Below, piece by piece: positions 1-10,315 of a stretch of 64,000 nucleotides of DNA. The translations under genes were made by a program, and so were the position numbers. The DNA lies in the NCBI RefSeq assembly GCF_038871235.1, contig NZ_JAVZIN010000001.1:71926-135925 (forward strand), given 5' to 3'. A model generated the notes under the pieces. That model saw only the letters and a list, made by a program, of their open reading frames with translations, did not search any database and had not been told where the DNA came from. How positions within the stretch are numbered: position 1 is the stretch's first letter; every line of letters begins with the position of its first letter. This DNA is from Candidatus Hadarchaeum sp. (GTDB taxonomy: Archaea > Hadarchaeota > Hadarchaeia > Hadarchaeales > Hadarchaeaceae).

Positions 1-13
1 AAGATTAATCTAC

Positions 14-2239
14 ATGGTGGCTAATCTTCTTGACGGTGTTGGCTTGCACATCAGTGAAGTATGCAAAAGATACGGACTAGACGCTCAGATACCGCAGATA
101 TTAGAAAGGTCAGGCATTTCCACCCTTTATCCACCGCAGCGGGAGGCCGTGAAAAAGGGAGCCCTCGATGGCAAGAATCTAGTGATGGCGATACCAACCG
201 CGGCCGGGAAGACTCTCATCGCTGAGTTGTGCATGCTCCGGTCGGCGCTGGGCGGTAGGGGCAAGTGTCTTTACATCGTCCCACTGCGCGCCCTTGCCAG
301 TGAAAAGTATGAAGACTTTAAGGAGAAATACGAGCCGCTGGGAATTAAGGTGGGCATAAGCACCGGTGATTTTGATTTTGCCGATCCCAGACTGGCCAAT
401 TATGATATTCTTGTCGCCACCTCGGAGAAGGTGGATTCACTGTTGCGCCACCGGGCTAAGTGGCTGGCTGACGTCGTTTCCGTGGTGGTTTTGGATGAAG
501 TTCATCTTATCGACGACCCGGGGCGAGGTCCAACGCTTGAGGTCCTGACGGCTAGGCTCAGACAGGTAAATCCCGATGTCCAGATCTTAGCACTTTCCGC
601 GACGGTGAAAAATGCCGACGAAATAGCTGAGTGGCTGGGGGCCGAGCTAGTCAGGAGTGAATGGCGCCCGGTCCCGCTCAAAAAAGGGATCTACTTTAAG
701 GGAAAGATAGCGTTTGACGACGGAAGCAAACTTAAGCTGGAGGTTGGAGAAATGGACGACCTCACGGCACTAGCGACCAGCACGGTGAGGGAAGGGGGTC
801 AGTCTCTAGTCTTTGTCAACACCCGGCGCTCCGCCCAGGCCGCCGCCGCTCTGATTTCCGAAACCATAGCCACCTTACTCTCAGAGGAGGATAAGGAGAA
901 GCTTGACGCCGTTGCCAAAACTGTGGAGAGCGCTCTAGGTGAACCCTCGCGGACCTGCCGAGAGCTGGCCAGCTGTGTCCGCAGGGGCGTTGCCTTCCAC
1001 CACGCCGGCCTCCATCATGTGCAGAGAAAAGCTATCGAGGATGCCTTTAGGAAGAACTTAATCAAGGTGGTCTGCGCGACGCCCACCTTGGCCATGGGAG
1101 TCAACCTGCCCTCCCGCAGGACCATCGTTCGAGATTACCGTAGATATGTGGAACCATACGGTCAAGTTTTCATCCCCGTGCTGGAGTTTTACCAGATGGC
1201 GGGGAGAGCTGGCAGGCCCCAGTATGATAAGCATGGGGAGGCGGTCCTGATTGCGAAGAGCAAGAGCGAGGTCGAGGCACTTTTTGAAAAGTTCATCAAA
1301 GCCGAGCCGGAGCGGATTACCTCTAAGCTGGCAACAGAGCCCGCCCTTAGGACGCACGTTCTCGCCTCGATCGCGGCCGGATACGTGAGCGATGAAAACG
1401 CTTTGCTCGAATTCATGTCGAGAACTTTCTTCGCCCATCAGTACGGCGTGACTGATGTCGAGAGAGTGGTTCATCGCGTGCTTGATTTTCTTGATCGGGA
1501 GGGGATGATTAAACGGGAGGAAAAGTTGTTGCTCGCGACTGAGTTCGGGAGGCGGGTTTCCATGCTCTATATTGATCCTCTTTCCGCGGTGATACTTCGC
1601 GACGGCCTTCGCGGGGCAATTTCCAAGGCGCCCACTGAGATCGGTCTGCTTCACCTAGTCTGCCATACTCCAGATATGGAGCTGTTGTACCTCAGGCAAG
1701 AAGATTATGCAGAAATGGAAGCATTTTTCTTGGAGCATGCGGACGATCTGCTGACGTCAATACCTGATGGACGGAGCGAGCCGGAAAAGTTTGAATCGTT
1801 GCTGGCGGAGTTAAAAACAGCGAGAATGCTTCAGTCTTGGATAAACGAGATGAAGGAGGATGACATTCACGAGATGTTCGGCGTTGGTGCCGGTGATATC
1901 CGCCGGGCCGCCGATACCGCCAAGTGGTTGCTCTATTCAGCGCACGAGCTTTCCAGCCTTTTCAGGATCAAGGCGACCCTGGCTCCACTGAGAAAGTTGG
2001 AGCAGCGGATCAAATATGGAATTAGGGAAGAACTTCTCGAGCTGGTGCAGTTGCGAGGAATCGGAAGAGTCCGAGGGCGAAGTCTGTTCCATGCCGGCTA
2101 CCGCAAGCTCTCGGATATCGAGAGAGCAAGCGAGCAGGAACTGGCTCGCGTCCCCTACATCGGCACCGAAATTGCCCGCAGCATCAAGCGGCAAGTGGAA
2201 CAGAAAATTGAACCAGAAATACCACAACCTGAAATTTAA
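14..2239 (+). CDS. hel308: Hel308/Hjm-type Ski2-like ATP-dependent DNA helicase
   Basis: 741 aa with a Walker A 'AIPTAAGKT' and a DEAH box 'LDEVH'. The N-terminus is collinear with archaeal Hel308 as I recall it ('...LYPPQREA...LVMAIPTAAGKTLIAE...SEKVDSLLRHRA'). Confidence 0.85.
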   Translation: MVANLLDGVGLHISEVCKRYGLDAQIPQILERSGISTLYPPQREAVKKGALDGKNLVMAIPTAAGKTLIAELCMLRSALGGRGKCLYIVPLRALASEKYEDFKEKYEPLGIKVGISTGDFDFADPRLANYDILVATSEKVDSLLRHRAKWLADVVSVVVLDEVHLIDDPGRGPTLEVLTARLRQVNPDVQILALSATVKNADEIAEWLGAELVRSEWRPVPLKKGIYFKGKIAFDDGSKLKLEVGEMDDLTALATSTVREGGQSLVFVNTRRSAQAAAALISETIATLLSEEDKEKLDAVAKTVESALGEPSRTCRELASCVRRGVAFHHAGLHHVQRKAIEDAFRKNLIKVVCATPTLAMGVNLPSRRTIVRDYRRYVEPYGQVFIPVLEFYQMAGRAGRPQYDKHGEAVLIAKSKSEVEALFEKFIKAEPERITSKLATEPALRTHVLASIAAGYVSDENALLEFMSRTFFAHQYGVTDVERVVHRVLDFLDREGMIKREEKLLLATEFGRRVSMLYIDPLSAVILRDGLRGAISKAPTEIGLLHLVCHTPDMELLYLRQEDYAEMEAFFLEHADDLLTSIPDGRSEPEKFESLLAELKTARMLQSWINEMKEDDIHEMFGVGAGDIRRAADTAKWLLYSAHELSSLFRIKATLAPLRKLEQRIKYGIREELLELVQLRGIGRVRGRSLFHAGYRKLSDIERASEQELARVPYIGTEIARSIKRQVEQKIEPEIPQPEI

Positions 2240-2296
2240 TTTTCGGAAAAGTTTCAAGATAGAAAGACTATTAATCAGCCTTTCCTATTTTATTTT

Positions 2297-3352
2297 ATGC
2301 GATCAAAATTTTTGAAAACCCCTACCCACCCGATAGAAGTTCAGCCCGGGCGCAGCATCAGCCATTTGACCGAAGGGCTGCTCGCGACCGGCTTCCAGGG
2401 CAGAAAGCTCGGCGAAGCCGTTGAAGTTTGGGCCAAGATGCTTCGGGAAAAACAGAACATAATTTGGCTAGGCTTAGCTGGGGCGATGGTCCCGGCGGGA
2501 ATGAGGAAAGTAATCTCCTACCTGATTAAACGCCGCATGATCGATGTCTTGGTCTCAACCGGAGCCAACCTTTACCACGATCTCCATGAAGCCAGGGGAA
2601 AGAGGCACTACGTTGGCAGCCACCTAGTCGACGATGTGAAGCTAAGAAAGCATTATGTGGATCGTATATACGATGTTTTCGCAGATGAAACCGAGTTTTA
2701 CAGGACTGATCTCTGGATAGAAAAGGAATTCTGCCCCCACCTCTCTGATATGTATCGCTATTCCTCGCGTGAGATAATCTATGAGCTGGGCAAGTTCCTC
2801 GACAGCTGGGGCGCGGAAAAGGATTCCATTATCCTGAGCGCTTACCACAGCGGTGTTCCGGTGTTCTGCCCGGCCCTGAACGACAGCTCGCTTGGCTTTT
2901 CCCTGATGTTTGCCAATAGAAGGCGCGGGAGGAGAATAATACTGGACTCCCTCAAAGACGTCGACGAGAGTTCAAGGATAACTGAAGTGGCTGGCACGAC
3001 CTCGGTTGTCTACATTGGTGGGGGCGTGCCCAAGAACTTCATCCAGCAGACGGCGGTGATAGCGGGTTATCAGACGCGTCATGACCGAAGCCACAAATAT
3101 GCCCTGCAGATATCGATGGATGCGCCGATGTGGGGTGGGCTGTCAGGATGCACTTTTGAAGAGGCGCAGTCATGGGGCAAAATTGATCTCCGCGCCAAGA
3201 AAGTGATGTGCTACGCCGACGCCACCATAGCGCTGCCAATAGTCGCACATGCGCTCGGGGAGAAGTTCAAGAAACTAAGAAGGGATGTCCCGGTCTTCGA
3301 GTGGGGTAGAAATGGCACCCTGACGATAAAGTACGAGAAGAGGTCGCTTTAA
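2297..3352 (+). CDS. dys: deoxyhypusine synthase
   Basis: 351 aa with DHS-like segments ('VSTGANLYHDLHEA', 'GGGVPKNFIQQ'). The length is typical for archaeal DHS. Confidence 0.65.
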   Translation: MRSKFLKTPTHPIEVQPGRSISHLTEGLLATGFQGRKLGEAVEVWAKMLREKQNIIWLGLAGAMVPAGMRKVISYLIKRRMIDVLVSTGANLYHDLHEARGKRHYVGSHLVDDVKLRKHYVDRIYDVFADETEFYRTDLWIEKEFCPHLSDMYRYSSREIIYELGKFLDSWGAEKDSIILSAYHSGVPVFCPALNDSSLGFSLMFANRRRGRRIILDSLKDVDESSRITEVAGTTSVVYIGGGVPKNFIQQTAVIAGYQTRHDRSHKYALQISMDAPMWGGLSGCTFEEAQSWGKIDLRAKKVMCYADATIALPIVAHALGEKFKKLRRDVPVFEWGRNGTLTIKYEKRSL

Positions 3353-3364
3353 ACCAAATAACGT

Positions 3365-3955
3365 TTAATCAATCCTGAGGACGTGAACCCTTCCATTTTT
3401 TATTTCTACGTCGGCTAGAGTTTTAACGTCCAATCCGGTTTCTCGTTTTACCCTCTCCGGGCCCTGACCGCGGTTCATCACTATGATCACGTCTTTAACG
3501 ATTACACCAACCTTCTTCAATCCTTGAATGACCCCGGAAACGGTGCCGCCAGTTGACATGACGTCGTCTATTATTATCACGCGATCGCCCTTTCTGACCG
3601 AGTTAATGTAGAATTTCTGCACCGTTTCCTTCCCGGCAATTTTGCGGTAGCTCTTTTTTACCTCAACTTCGATTTCCCCAGGCAGGTTGAACTTCTTCTT
3701 TCTGACGATAATTATTGGCACCTTGGTCATCGTGGCCACCAAGGCCGAGACATGTATGCCCATAGCCTCGATTGTTACTATCCTATCCACGTTGAAATCG
3801 GCTCTTTCAACTATTCGCTGGGCGATTTCCATCAAGAGTTCCGGCTTTAGGGGCGGTGCGACCCCCTGCGTTGGGTTCACGAAGTACTCATATTTGCCCA
3901 TTTTGACGACGATAGCATTTTCCAGCGCTTCCTTGAGAAGAGGTAATTTGGTCAT
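3365..3955 (-). CDS. purine phosphoribosyltransferase (Hpt/Apt family)
   Basis: 196 aa with a PRPP-binding motif 'VIIIDDVMSTGGT'. Lies next to GMP synthase subunit B. Confidence 0.6.
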   Translation of the reverse strand: MTKLPLLKEALENAIVVKMGKYEYFVNPTQGVAPPLKPELLMEIAQRIVERADFNVDRIVTIEAMGIHVSALVATMTKVPIIIVRKKKFNLPGEIEVEVKKSYRKIAGKETVQKFYINSVRKGDRVIIIDDVMSTGGTVSGVIQGLKKVGVIVKDVIIVMNRGQGPERVKRETGLDVKTLADVEIKNGRVHVLRID

Positions 3956-3974
3956 TTCACCTACCAGAACATTT

Positions 3975-4910
3975 TTACTCGAACTCTATAGTGGCTGGAG
4001 GCTTGCCGGTTAGATCATAGAGGACATGAGTAACAGAAGGATTTTCTTCCCTTATCCTCCGCTCGATCCGGCGCAGTATTTTCCAAGGCAAGGCCACGGG
4101 CTCAGCAGTCATGGCGTCCTTTGATTTCACCGCCCGGACAACTACGATTTCACCATATTTTCTCTTGAGATCCTTGGTGACTCCCGTGGCCCGGTCTTGA
4201 AGCAGCACTGCAAAAGCCTGGAAGCAGGGAATGTTTTTCGTTTCCTCTTCAACCACCTTGGTGGCCCTCCGGACCAGCTCCACCCTTTCCGGAGTTACCT
4301 CGCCGATGACTCTAATGGAAAGTCCCGGACCAGGGAAGGGTCTCCTCATTGACTCCGGCTTCATCCCAAGCGCCTTGGCGACGGCCCTCACCTCATGCTT
4401 GTAAATGTCCTTCAGGGGTTCAAGAATCTTCAACCCATATCTTTCCAACGGATGAACATTTATCTGCTCCAGAACATTGTGTTGAGTTTTCACCCCCGCC
4501 TTGGTTTCAACCACGTCGGCGGCAATGGTGCCTTGAATCATGAACTTGGCACCGAGCTCCTCAGATATTTTTCCTAGGGACCTGTAGAAAACCTCCCGGA
4601 AGGCTTTCCTTTTTTCCTCAGGGTCAATCAGTCCCTTCAGGGCTGCGAAGAAATCGTCCCAGAGGCGGTAGATCCTAGTATTTAGTCCCAGTTGCTTCAG
4701 GCGATTGTAGACCTGCTGTGGCTCACCGGCCCTCATCAGTCCGTCGTCCAGAAAAACCACCGTCAGTTTGTCACCGACGGCCATGTGTCCGAGCACCGCA
4801 GCAACCGTGCTGTCCACACCTCCGGAAACGGCAGCAAAGGCTTTTTCATCCCCAATCGTCTCCTTCAACCATTCAACCTTTTCTCGAACAAATTTTTTGG
4901 CATCAAACAT
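3975..4910 (-). CDS. guaA: GMP synthase (glutamine-hydrolysing) subunit B, ATP pyrophosphatase domain
   Basis: 311 aa with a PP-loop 'AVSGGVDSTVAA' and a GMP-synthase C-terminal dimerisation region. Confidence 0.85.
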   Translation of the reverse strand: MFDAKKFVREKVEWLKETIGDEKAFAAVSGGVDSTVAAVLGHMAVGDKLTVVFLDDGLMRAGEPQQVYNRLKQLGLNTRIYRLWDDFFAALKGLIDPEEKRKAFREVFYRSLGKISEELGAKFMIQGTIAADVVETKAGVKTQHNVLEQINVHPLERYGLKILEPLKDIYKHEVRAVAKALGMKPESMRRPFPGPGLSIRVIGEVTPERVELVRRATKVVEEETKNIPCFQAFAVLLQDRATGVTKDLKRKYGEIVVVRAVKSKDAMTAEPVALPWKILRRIERRIREENPSVTHVLYDLTGKPPATIEFE

Positions 4911-5041
4911 TCAACAACTCTCCTCGGTAATACACTGATAGGTTGAACTTCCATATTTTAGCCTTTGCTGTGGTGCCTTTCCAAGGCAAAAAACGATTTT
5001 CGCGGAAGAATTTTATCGTCTCGGTGGAGATCTTCAATTGA

Positions 5042-6190
5042 TTGTGCATGGATTTTTTCACGTCGAGACGCGGCTATAAAAGCAGATGTGTGCTCTGCGG
5101 CCTAGAGGCCAATTACGTCTCGGAGACCTTGGGTGTGTGTCCTAGCTGTGTCCGCAACCGTTTTGATGAAGCTAGGCCTTACCTCGCCACGGCCCATGCC
5201 AAAATTCGGAAGAGATACGGGCTGCCGCCTGAGCCGCCAAGGGACAAGAACGGGATTGAATGCCGGGATTGCGGTAATCTCTGTAAGATACCCCGAGGAG
5301 GGAAGGGATTCTGCGGCATGGTAGAAAATTTTGAGGGTAAGTTGGTCAGGAGATTTGGAACACCTGAACGGGGACTTCTGAGCTGGTACTACGATCCACT
5401 CCCAACCAACTGTGTACCGGCGGATTTTTGCGCCGGGTCTAGCGGAGCTGGTTATCCAAAGTGGTGTCGAACACCTCGTGGTGATATCGGTTACTACAAC
5501 CTCTCCATCTTCATGGGCAGTTGCACCTACAGCTGCCTCTACTGTCAGAACTACGGCTACCGCGATCTGACCGTCACCGGCTCCCCGACCATGAACGCGG
5601 CCCAGCTTGCAGAAAAGGCCGATGAAAGCGTCGGCTGTGTCTGTTACTTCGGCGGTGACCCCTCCAGCCAGATGCCCTTTGTGATCGCTTCGGCAGGGAT
5701 GATGCGCGACGACGCTGAAAAGGAAGGACGCATCCTGAGGGTCTGTCTCGAGACCAACCTCAGCATGAACCATGAAACTCTGGAAAAGTTCACCGAACTA
5801 TCCATTAACAGCGGCGGGGGAATAAAGGCGGATCTGAAATGCTGGTCGTCTGAAATCCTCTACGCGCTTTCCGGCATCGAACACCGCGCGGCTTACGATA
5901 ATTTCGTTTGGTTGGGGAAGCAGCATTCCCGGCGTCCTGAGGTGCCGCTCGCTCGTGCCAGCACCTTGCTTGTGCCAGGTTACATCGACGAAGAAGAGAT
6001 TCGATCGCTGGCTTCATTTATAGCCAACCTTGATCCTACCATACCCTACTCGCTTCTTGCCTTTCACCCCCTTTACCATATGGAGGACATGCCGTTAACC
6101 AAGAAGGAGGACGCTGAGAGGTTTCTCAAAATTTGCCGGGAGGAGGGCTTGCAAAGAGTCAGGATTGGGAATCCATGGCTCTTGGTATAA
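5042..6190 (+). CDS. radical SAM protein, PflX-like (pyruvate formate-lyase activase-related, COG1313-type) with N-terminal Cys-rich zinc-ribbon
   Basis: CX3CX2C motif 'CTYSCLYC'. N-terminal CxxC...CxxC pairs are present. Confidence 0.7.
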   Translation: MCMDFFTSRRGYKSRCVLCGLEANYVSETLGVCPSCVRNRFDEARPYLATAHAKIRKRYGLPPEPPRDKNGIECRDCGNLCKIPRGGKGFCGMVENFEGKLVRRFGTPERGLLSWYYDPLPTNCVPADFCAGSSGAGYPKWCRTPRGDIGYYNLSIFMGSCTYSCLYCQNYGYRDLTVTGSPTMNAAQLAEKADESVGCVCYFGGDPSSQMPFVIASAGMMRDDAEKEGRILRVCLETNLSMNHETLEKFTELSINSGGGIKADLKCWSSEILYALSGIEHRAAYDNFVWLGKQHSRRPEVPLARASTLLVPGYIDEEEIRSLASFIANLDPTIPYSLLAFHPLYHMEDMPLTKKEDAERFLKICREEGLQRVRIGNPWLLV

Positions 6191-6233
6191 CGAATGGAGT
6201 AGGCTTAAACATTCTCAAAGAGATTAAAAAACG

Positions 6234-6608
6234 ATGCCTATGGGGGCAAAAATTGAGCAGCTTATCTTGGAGATGCTTTCCCGCGAGCAAGAGGGGGGCT
6301 TGATCAAGACCAAGCTAGATACTGTCAGGGCGTTGATTCACTACCACGGTGCCATCTGGAAATCTGAACTTGTTCAGGAATTGACCCTGCAGGCCGCAGC
6401 AACCGGTTCTGAAGGGCCGGACATGGGGCAGCTCGACAAGGGGCTTCACGAACTGGAAAAATCAGGTATCGTGAAGATTAAAAAAGCGCTGAGGGCAACC
6501 CTGCAGTCCAGTAGTGGCGTGGAGGATGAACTGATCTCGATAGTTGACCTACACGCTGCCTACACGGCTCTGGCGAGGGACAAAAAGCTGGCCCTTCGCC
6601 GTTTTTGA
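6234..6608 (+). CDS. hypothetical protein (possible winged-helix fold)
   Basis: Clean 124-aa ORF with no recognisable motif. Confidence 0.3.
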   Translation: MPMGAKIEQLILEMLSREQEGGLIKTKLDTVRALIHYHGAIWKSELVQELTLQAAATGSEGPDMGQLDKGLHELEKSGIVKIKKALRATLQSSSGVEDELISIVDLHAAYTALARDKKLALRRF

Positions 6609-6877
6609 TGGCGGCCAAAGAAAATCTTCAGGGATTTAGGCTCTCCCTGCTTCGAAAACCTCCGATATAAGCACTCGGAAGTCATTTCTGCGGTCTTTGT
6701 GGGGTCTTCCTATCCCACCAGTAAGGATGCTTTTTATTCCGTTTTAAAAATTTCATACAGCACCAGTACAACTTGGGGCAAAGCCAGTTCAATTTTTTGT
6801 TTCAAAACTGGAAAATGAATTTCCCAACCGACCCCTAATTAATCATCCATGAGATATTGTTAATGGGGTGATAACCA

Positions 6878-7612
6878 TTGGTAAGGAAAGTGATTGGGGC
6901 AGTCTTGGTCGTCGTGGGCGCTTCTGTGCTGGTGCTTGCTTCCTTATTTGCACAACTTTATCCTAAGCCAGCAGTTGAGCCGACCACGGAAAACGAGATT
7001 GGCGTAACGCTACCACCGCCACGTCTTGACAGCGACTTCTCAATCGAGAAAGCGCTGTTCTTGAGGAGATCGGTTAGGGAGTATACCGGTGAACCGCTGA
7101 GCTTAAGTGAGGTCTCCCAGCTACTGTGGGCGGCGCAGGGAATAACGGATCCCCGCGGTTTTAGGACGGCGCCTTCTGCGGGCGGGCTTTACCCTCTTGA
7201 GGTTTACTTGGTGGCCGGAGATGTGGAGAACTTGGAGGCGGGTATTTACCGGTACCGGCCTCAGAGCCATGAGTTGGTCAAAATACAAACCGGTGATCTA
7301 AGAGAGGTGCTCTGCACGGCCGCGCTGGGACAGGCTTGGGTAAAAGAGGCCGCGATAGATATCGTTATCGTGGGAATCTATGAGCGGACAACGGTGAAGT
7401 ACGGTGACCGCGGAGTTCAATACGTACACCTGGAGGCAGGTCACGCGGCGCAGAACGTTTGCCTGCAGGCGACCGCGTTGGGGCTTGGCACGGTAACCGT
7501 CGGAGGTTTTTATGATGACCAAGTGCAGAAAGTCCTAATGGCCCCGGAGAATGAGAAACCGCTGTACGTGATGCCCGTGGGCAGACCTACTCGGGGTGGT
7601 GCGGGGGAATAG
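6878..7612 (+). CDS. nitroreductase-family / SagB-type dehydrogenase with N-terminal TM anchor
   Basis: 244 aa with a hydrophobic N-terminus and nitroreductase-fold segments ('RRSVREYTGEPL', 'GGFYDDQVQKVL'). Confidence 0.55.
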   Translation: MVRKVIGAVLVVVGASVLVLASLFAQLYPKPAVEPTTENEIGVTLPPPRLDSDFSIEKALFLRRSVREYTGEPLSLSEVSQLLWAAQGITDPRGFRTAPSAGGLYPLEVYLVAGDVENLEAGIYRYRPQSHELVKIQTGDLREVLCTAALGQAWVKEAAIDIVIVGIYERTTVKYGDRGVQYVHLEAGHAAQNVCLQATALGLGTVTVGGFYDDQVQKVLMAPENEKPLYVMPVGRPTRGGAGE

Positions 7613-7742
7613 GTTTATACTATCGTTTGAAGCTACTGAAACCACGCAGTGCTGAAATAGGGCAAGAAAGGGGGATTTTTAGCGCCCGCTGCTGGCTGCG
7701 ATTTTGGGATCTCACCAGTGTGGACATTCGAGTTCTGCCTTT

Positions 7743-10160
7743 TCACAGACCAAGCTTTCTGAACACATAGTACTTTGGGAAATCGATGGCTAACGTGAAC
7801 GCGGCAGAGAATACCAAGACAAAAGCAACCTCCAGTGCCGTGACGGGCGGGATGATTAATCCATACACGCCCAACAGCGCAAATCCAGCTGTTGCACCGA
7901 TGCTGGAAATGAGAAGCTCCCTGCCGGGTCTTGAGTGCCAGAAGTGCCCTCTTTCTCTCACGATGTAAACTCTGAACACACTTGTGAACACGAGAGCCAA
8001 CATAACAAGGGTCTGTAGAGCGGCCGGCGGCAAGCGGAAATAACTCGTGCCGACAAACACAATTATGCCACCTTCTATTACGAGTAAGAGCCCAACCAAA
8101 AGAGACGCTAGGAAGATGTTCTTAACATTCCACAGATTCGGGCTGATCGTGCTCTTGGAGTTGTCCGTCGCAAGCGACATCGTCACGAAGTCGTTTGCGA
8201 ATATCAGCAAAACCATGCCCAATGCGGTGAGCAAAAAATCGTGTAACCAGAAGAAGCCCAAGACCAGCAATCCTATGAATTGAATCACCTTGCTGATCTT
8301 GTTCAGCACCCACGTGAGCATGCGCTGGTAGATCTGCCTGCTGGTCTTTGTCGCGTCGATTATTCCTTTCATTCCCGGTTCGGTCAGGACTATGCTCGAC
8401 GAGACCTTTGCCACGTCGGTAGAGTTGCTCACCGCTATGCCGACTTCGGCCTGCTTCAATGCGGGGGAATCGTTCACACCGTCGCCGGTCATCCCGACAA
8501 CGTAGCCTTTGGATTGCAGGAGCCTGACGATTCTATACTTGTCCTCGGGATATATCTCAGCGAAGCCATCGTATTCCTCTATGATTTTTGACTGCTCTTC
8601 TTCACTTAGTCCTCTCAGATCAGGCATTCGGACGATCTTGTCCCCAATGGAAACCTGCCGAGCTACCTCCTTGGCTATCGCGATGTTATCCCCGGTCAGC
8701 ATCTTCACCGCTATGCCTAGCCCTTTTAGCTCCTCTATGATTTCTTTTGAATCGGGCCTTGGAGGGTCGGCCAGCGGCAGCAGACCCACGAGCTGAAGAT
8801 TGTCGAAGTCGGCTCCTCGGGACCTAGCTACCGCTAGAGTTCTGTAACCCTTTGAAGACAACTCAAGCACGAGTGGATCAATTTTACTGCAGGACTCTGG
8901 ATCCGTCTCTTGACATAGTGATGCTATCACTTGCGGGGCACCCTTGACCACTTTGAAGCGATGCCCTTCATGTTCGACTATCGCCTCCGATCTCTTCGTT
9001 GTCGGGTCAAAAGGCGTGAACGAAATCTGCTTGTATCTGGTCATCTCGGCGCCAACAGATTTTGCGTGCTCGATGACGGTGATGTCTATGAGGTCTCCAG
9101 TTTCAGCTCTGGATGCCAGGCTTGCCATGAGCGCAACGTCATCTTTCTTGAATTCCGAGAAAGGCATGCAATCGAAAACTGATAGCTTGTTCTGAGTGAT
9201 TGTCCCCGTTTTGTCCAGGCACAGTACCTCCATGGATGCCGCGTCTTCGATTGAACTAAGCTTGGTCACGAGGATCTTCTTCTTTGATAGTTCAATTGCG
9301 CCCGCCGCGAGGACCACCGCGAAAACGGCCGGCAACGCCACCGGGACCGCTCCCATCAGGAAAACTAATGTGAATGTCAGTATCATCATAATGTCTGTAT
9401 GCAATAGGGCAGCGTACGCGACAACTAGAATCAGCGCAGCCACGCCGACGTACATGCTGTACTTTACGACGGCCATCATTACTTGCTGCTGATGGGACTT
9501 GGGCCCGGCTGTCCTCACTAGTTCTGCGGTCCTGCCAAAGTACGTTTTCGCTCCGGTGGCGATTACGACGCACTTCGCGTCCCCACTTTTTACTATGGAG
9601 CTGGAGTATACGATGTCGGACTTGCGAGCCTTTACTGGTAGAGATTCCCCAGTAAGGGCTGATTGATCCAGAGTAACTTCATCATCGCTTATTATTTTGG
9701 CGTCAGCTGGCACCAAGTCGCCGAGACCAATGGCGATTACGTCCCCAGGGACTAGCTCCCTTGCAGGGATTGTCACTAACTTACCATCTCGCATGACTTT
9801 TGCCTTGACCGCTAACCGCTGCTTCAACAGTTCCAGCGCTTTTCGAGAACTGCGAGAATGCCAGAATCCTATCAACGCGTTTATCGTGAGCAGCGAGAAT
9901 ATCACCAAGAACTCGAGATAATGAGCAGAAATGTACGAAAGCACCATAGCAAATTCCAATAGCCAAGGCATAGGTCCCCAGTAGCGAGACAGAAAGTCCA
10001 AGGCGGGGCTTCTCTCCTTTTCCATCACCTCGTTGAATCCGAATTTGTTTAACCTTTCATTGGCCTGGGCACCGGTGAGGCCGTTAGCCGAAGTCTCTAA
10101 TAGGCGTATTGTTTCTTCGACGGAGATGCTCTTGAAATCGGATGTTCCTGTGGGTTTCAA
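7743..10160 (-). CDS. P-type ATPase, plasma-membrane H+-ATPase-like (P3A)
   Basis: 805 aa with the phosphorylation motif 'CLDKTGTITQN', 'MLTGDNIAIAKEVA', a 'GDGVNDSPALKQA' hinge and about 10 TM segments. Confidence 0.8.
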   Translation of the reverse strand: MKPTGTSDFKSISVEETIRLLETSANGLTGAQANERLNKFGFNEVMEKERSPALDFLSRYWGPMPWLLEFAMVLSYISAHYLEFLVIFSLLTINALIGFWHSRSSRKALELLKQRLAVKAKVMRDGKLVTIPARELVPGDVIAIGLGDLVPADAKIISDDEVTLDQSALTGESLPVKARKSDIVYSSSIVKSGDAKCVVIATGAKTYFGRTAELVRTAGPKSHQQQVMMAVVKYSMYVGVAALILVVAYAALLHTDIMMILTFTLVFLMGAVPVALPAVFAVVLAAGAIELSKKKILVTKLSSIEDAASMEVLCLDKTGTITQNKLSVFDCMPFSEFKKDDVALMASLASRAETGDLIDITVIEHAKSVGAEMTRYKQISFTPFDPTTKRSEAIVEHEGHRFKVVKGAPQVIASLCQETDPESCSKIDPLVLELSSKGYRTLAVARSRGADFDNLQLVGLLPLADPPRPDSKEIIEELKGLGIAVKMLTGDNIAIAKEVARQVSIGDKIVRMPDLRGLSEEEQSKIIEEYDGFAEIYPEDKYRIVRLLQSKGYVVGMTGDGVNDSPALKQAEVGIAVSNSTDVAKVSSSIVLTEPGMKGIIDATKTSRQIYQRMLTWVLNKISKVIQFIGLLVLGFFWLHDFLLTALGMVLLIFANDFVTMSLATDNSKSTISPNLWNVKNIFLASLLVGLLLVIEGGIIVFVGTSYFRLPPAALQTLVMLALVFTSVFRVYIVRERGHFWHSRPGRELLISSIGATAGFALLGVYGLIIPPVTALEVAFVLVFSAAFTLAIDFPKYYVFRKLGL

Positions 10161-10315
10161 GAAATCATGCCCCCCACTTTTTGTATTTCACCTGAAGAAG
10201 CCTTTGCAAAAGTTTGTCATAAAGCATTCGACTTCTAAAAATAGCCGTTGAGGCAAGGAATTACATGACTTTGCCTAAAATCTGCCTAAATCTTGCTCAG
10301 TTGGTCGTTGAAGAA

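Noticed and set aside
8047-9573. Multiple 60-100 aa ORFs on both strands inside the P-type ATPase gene (for example 8280-8591, 8509-8796, 9196-9492, 9292-9573).
   Set aside because: They are nested within or antisense to a long, well-supported CDS. They have low-complexity composition and no motifs. I treat them as spurious frames from a GC-rich region.
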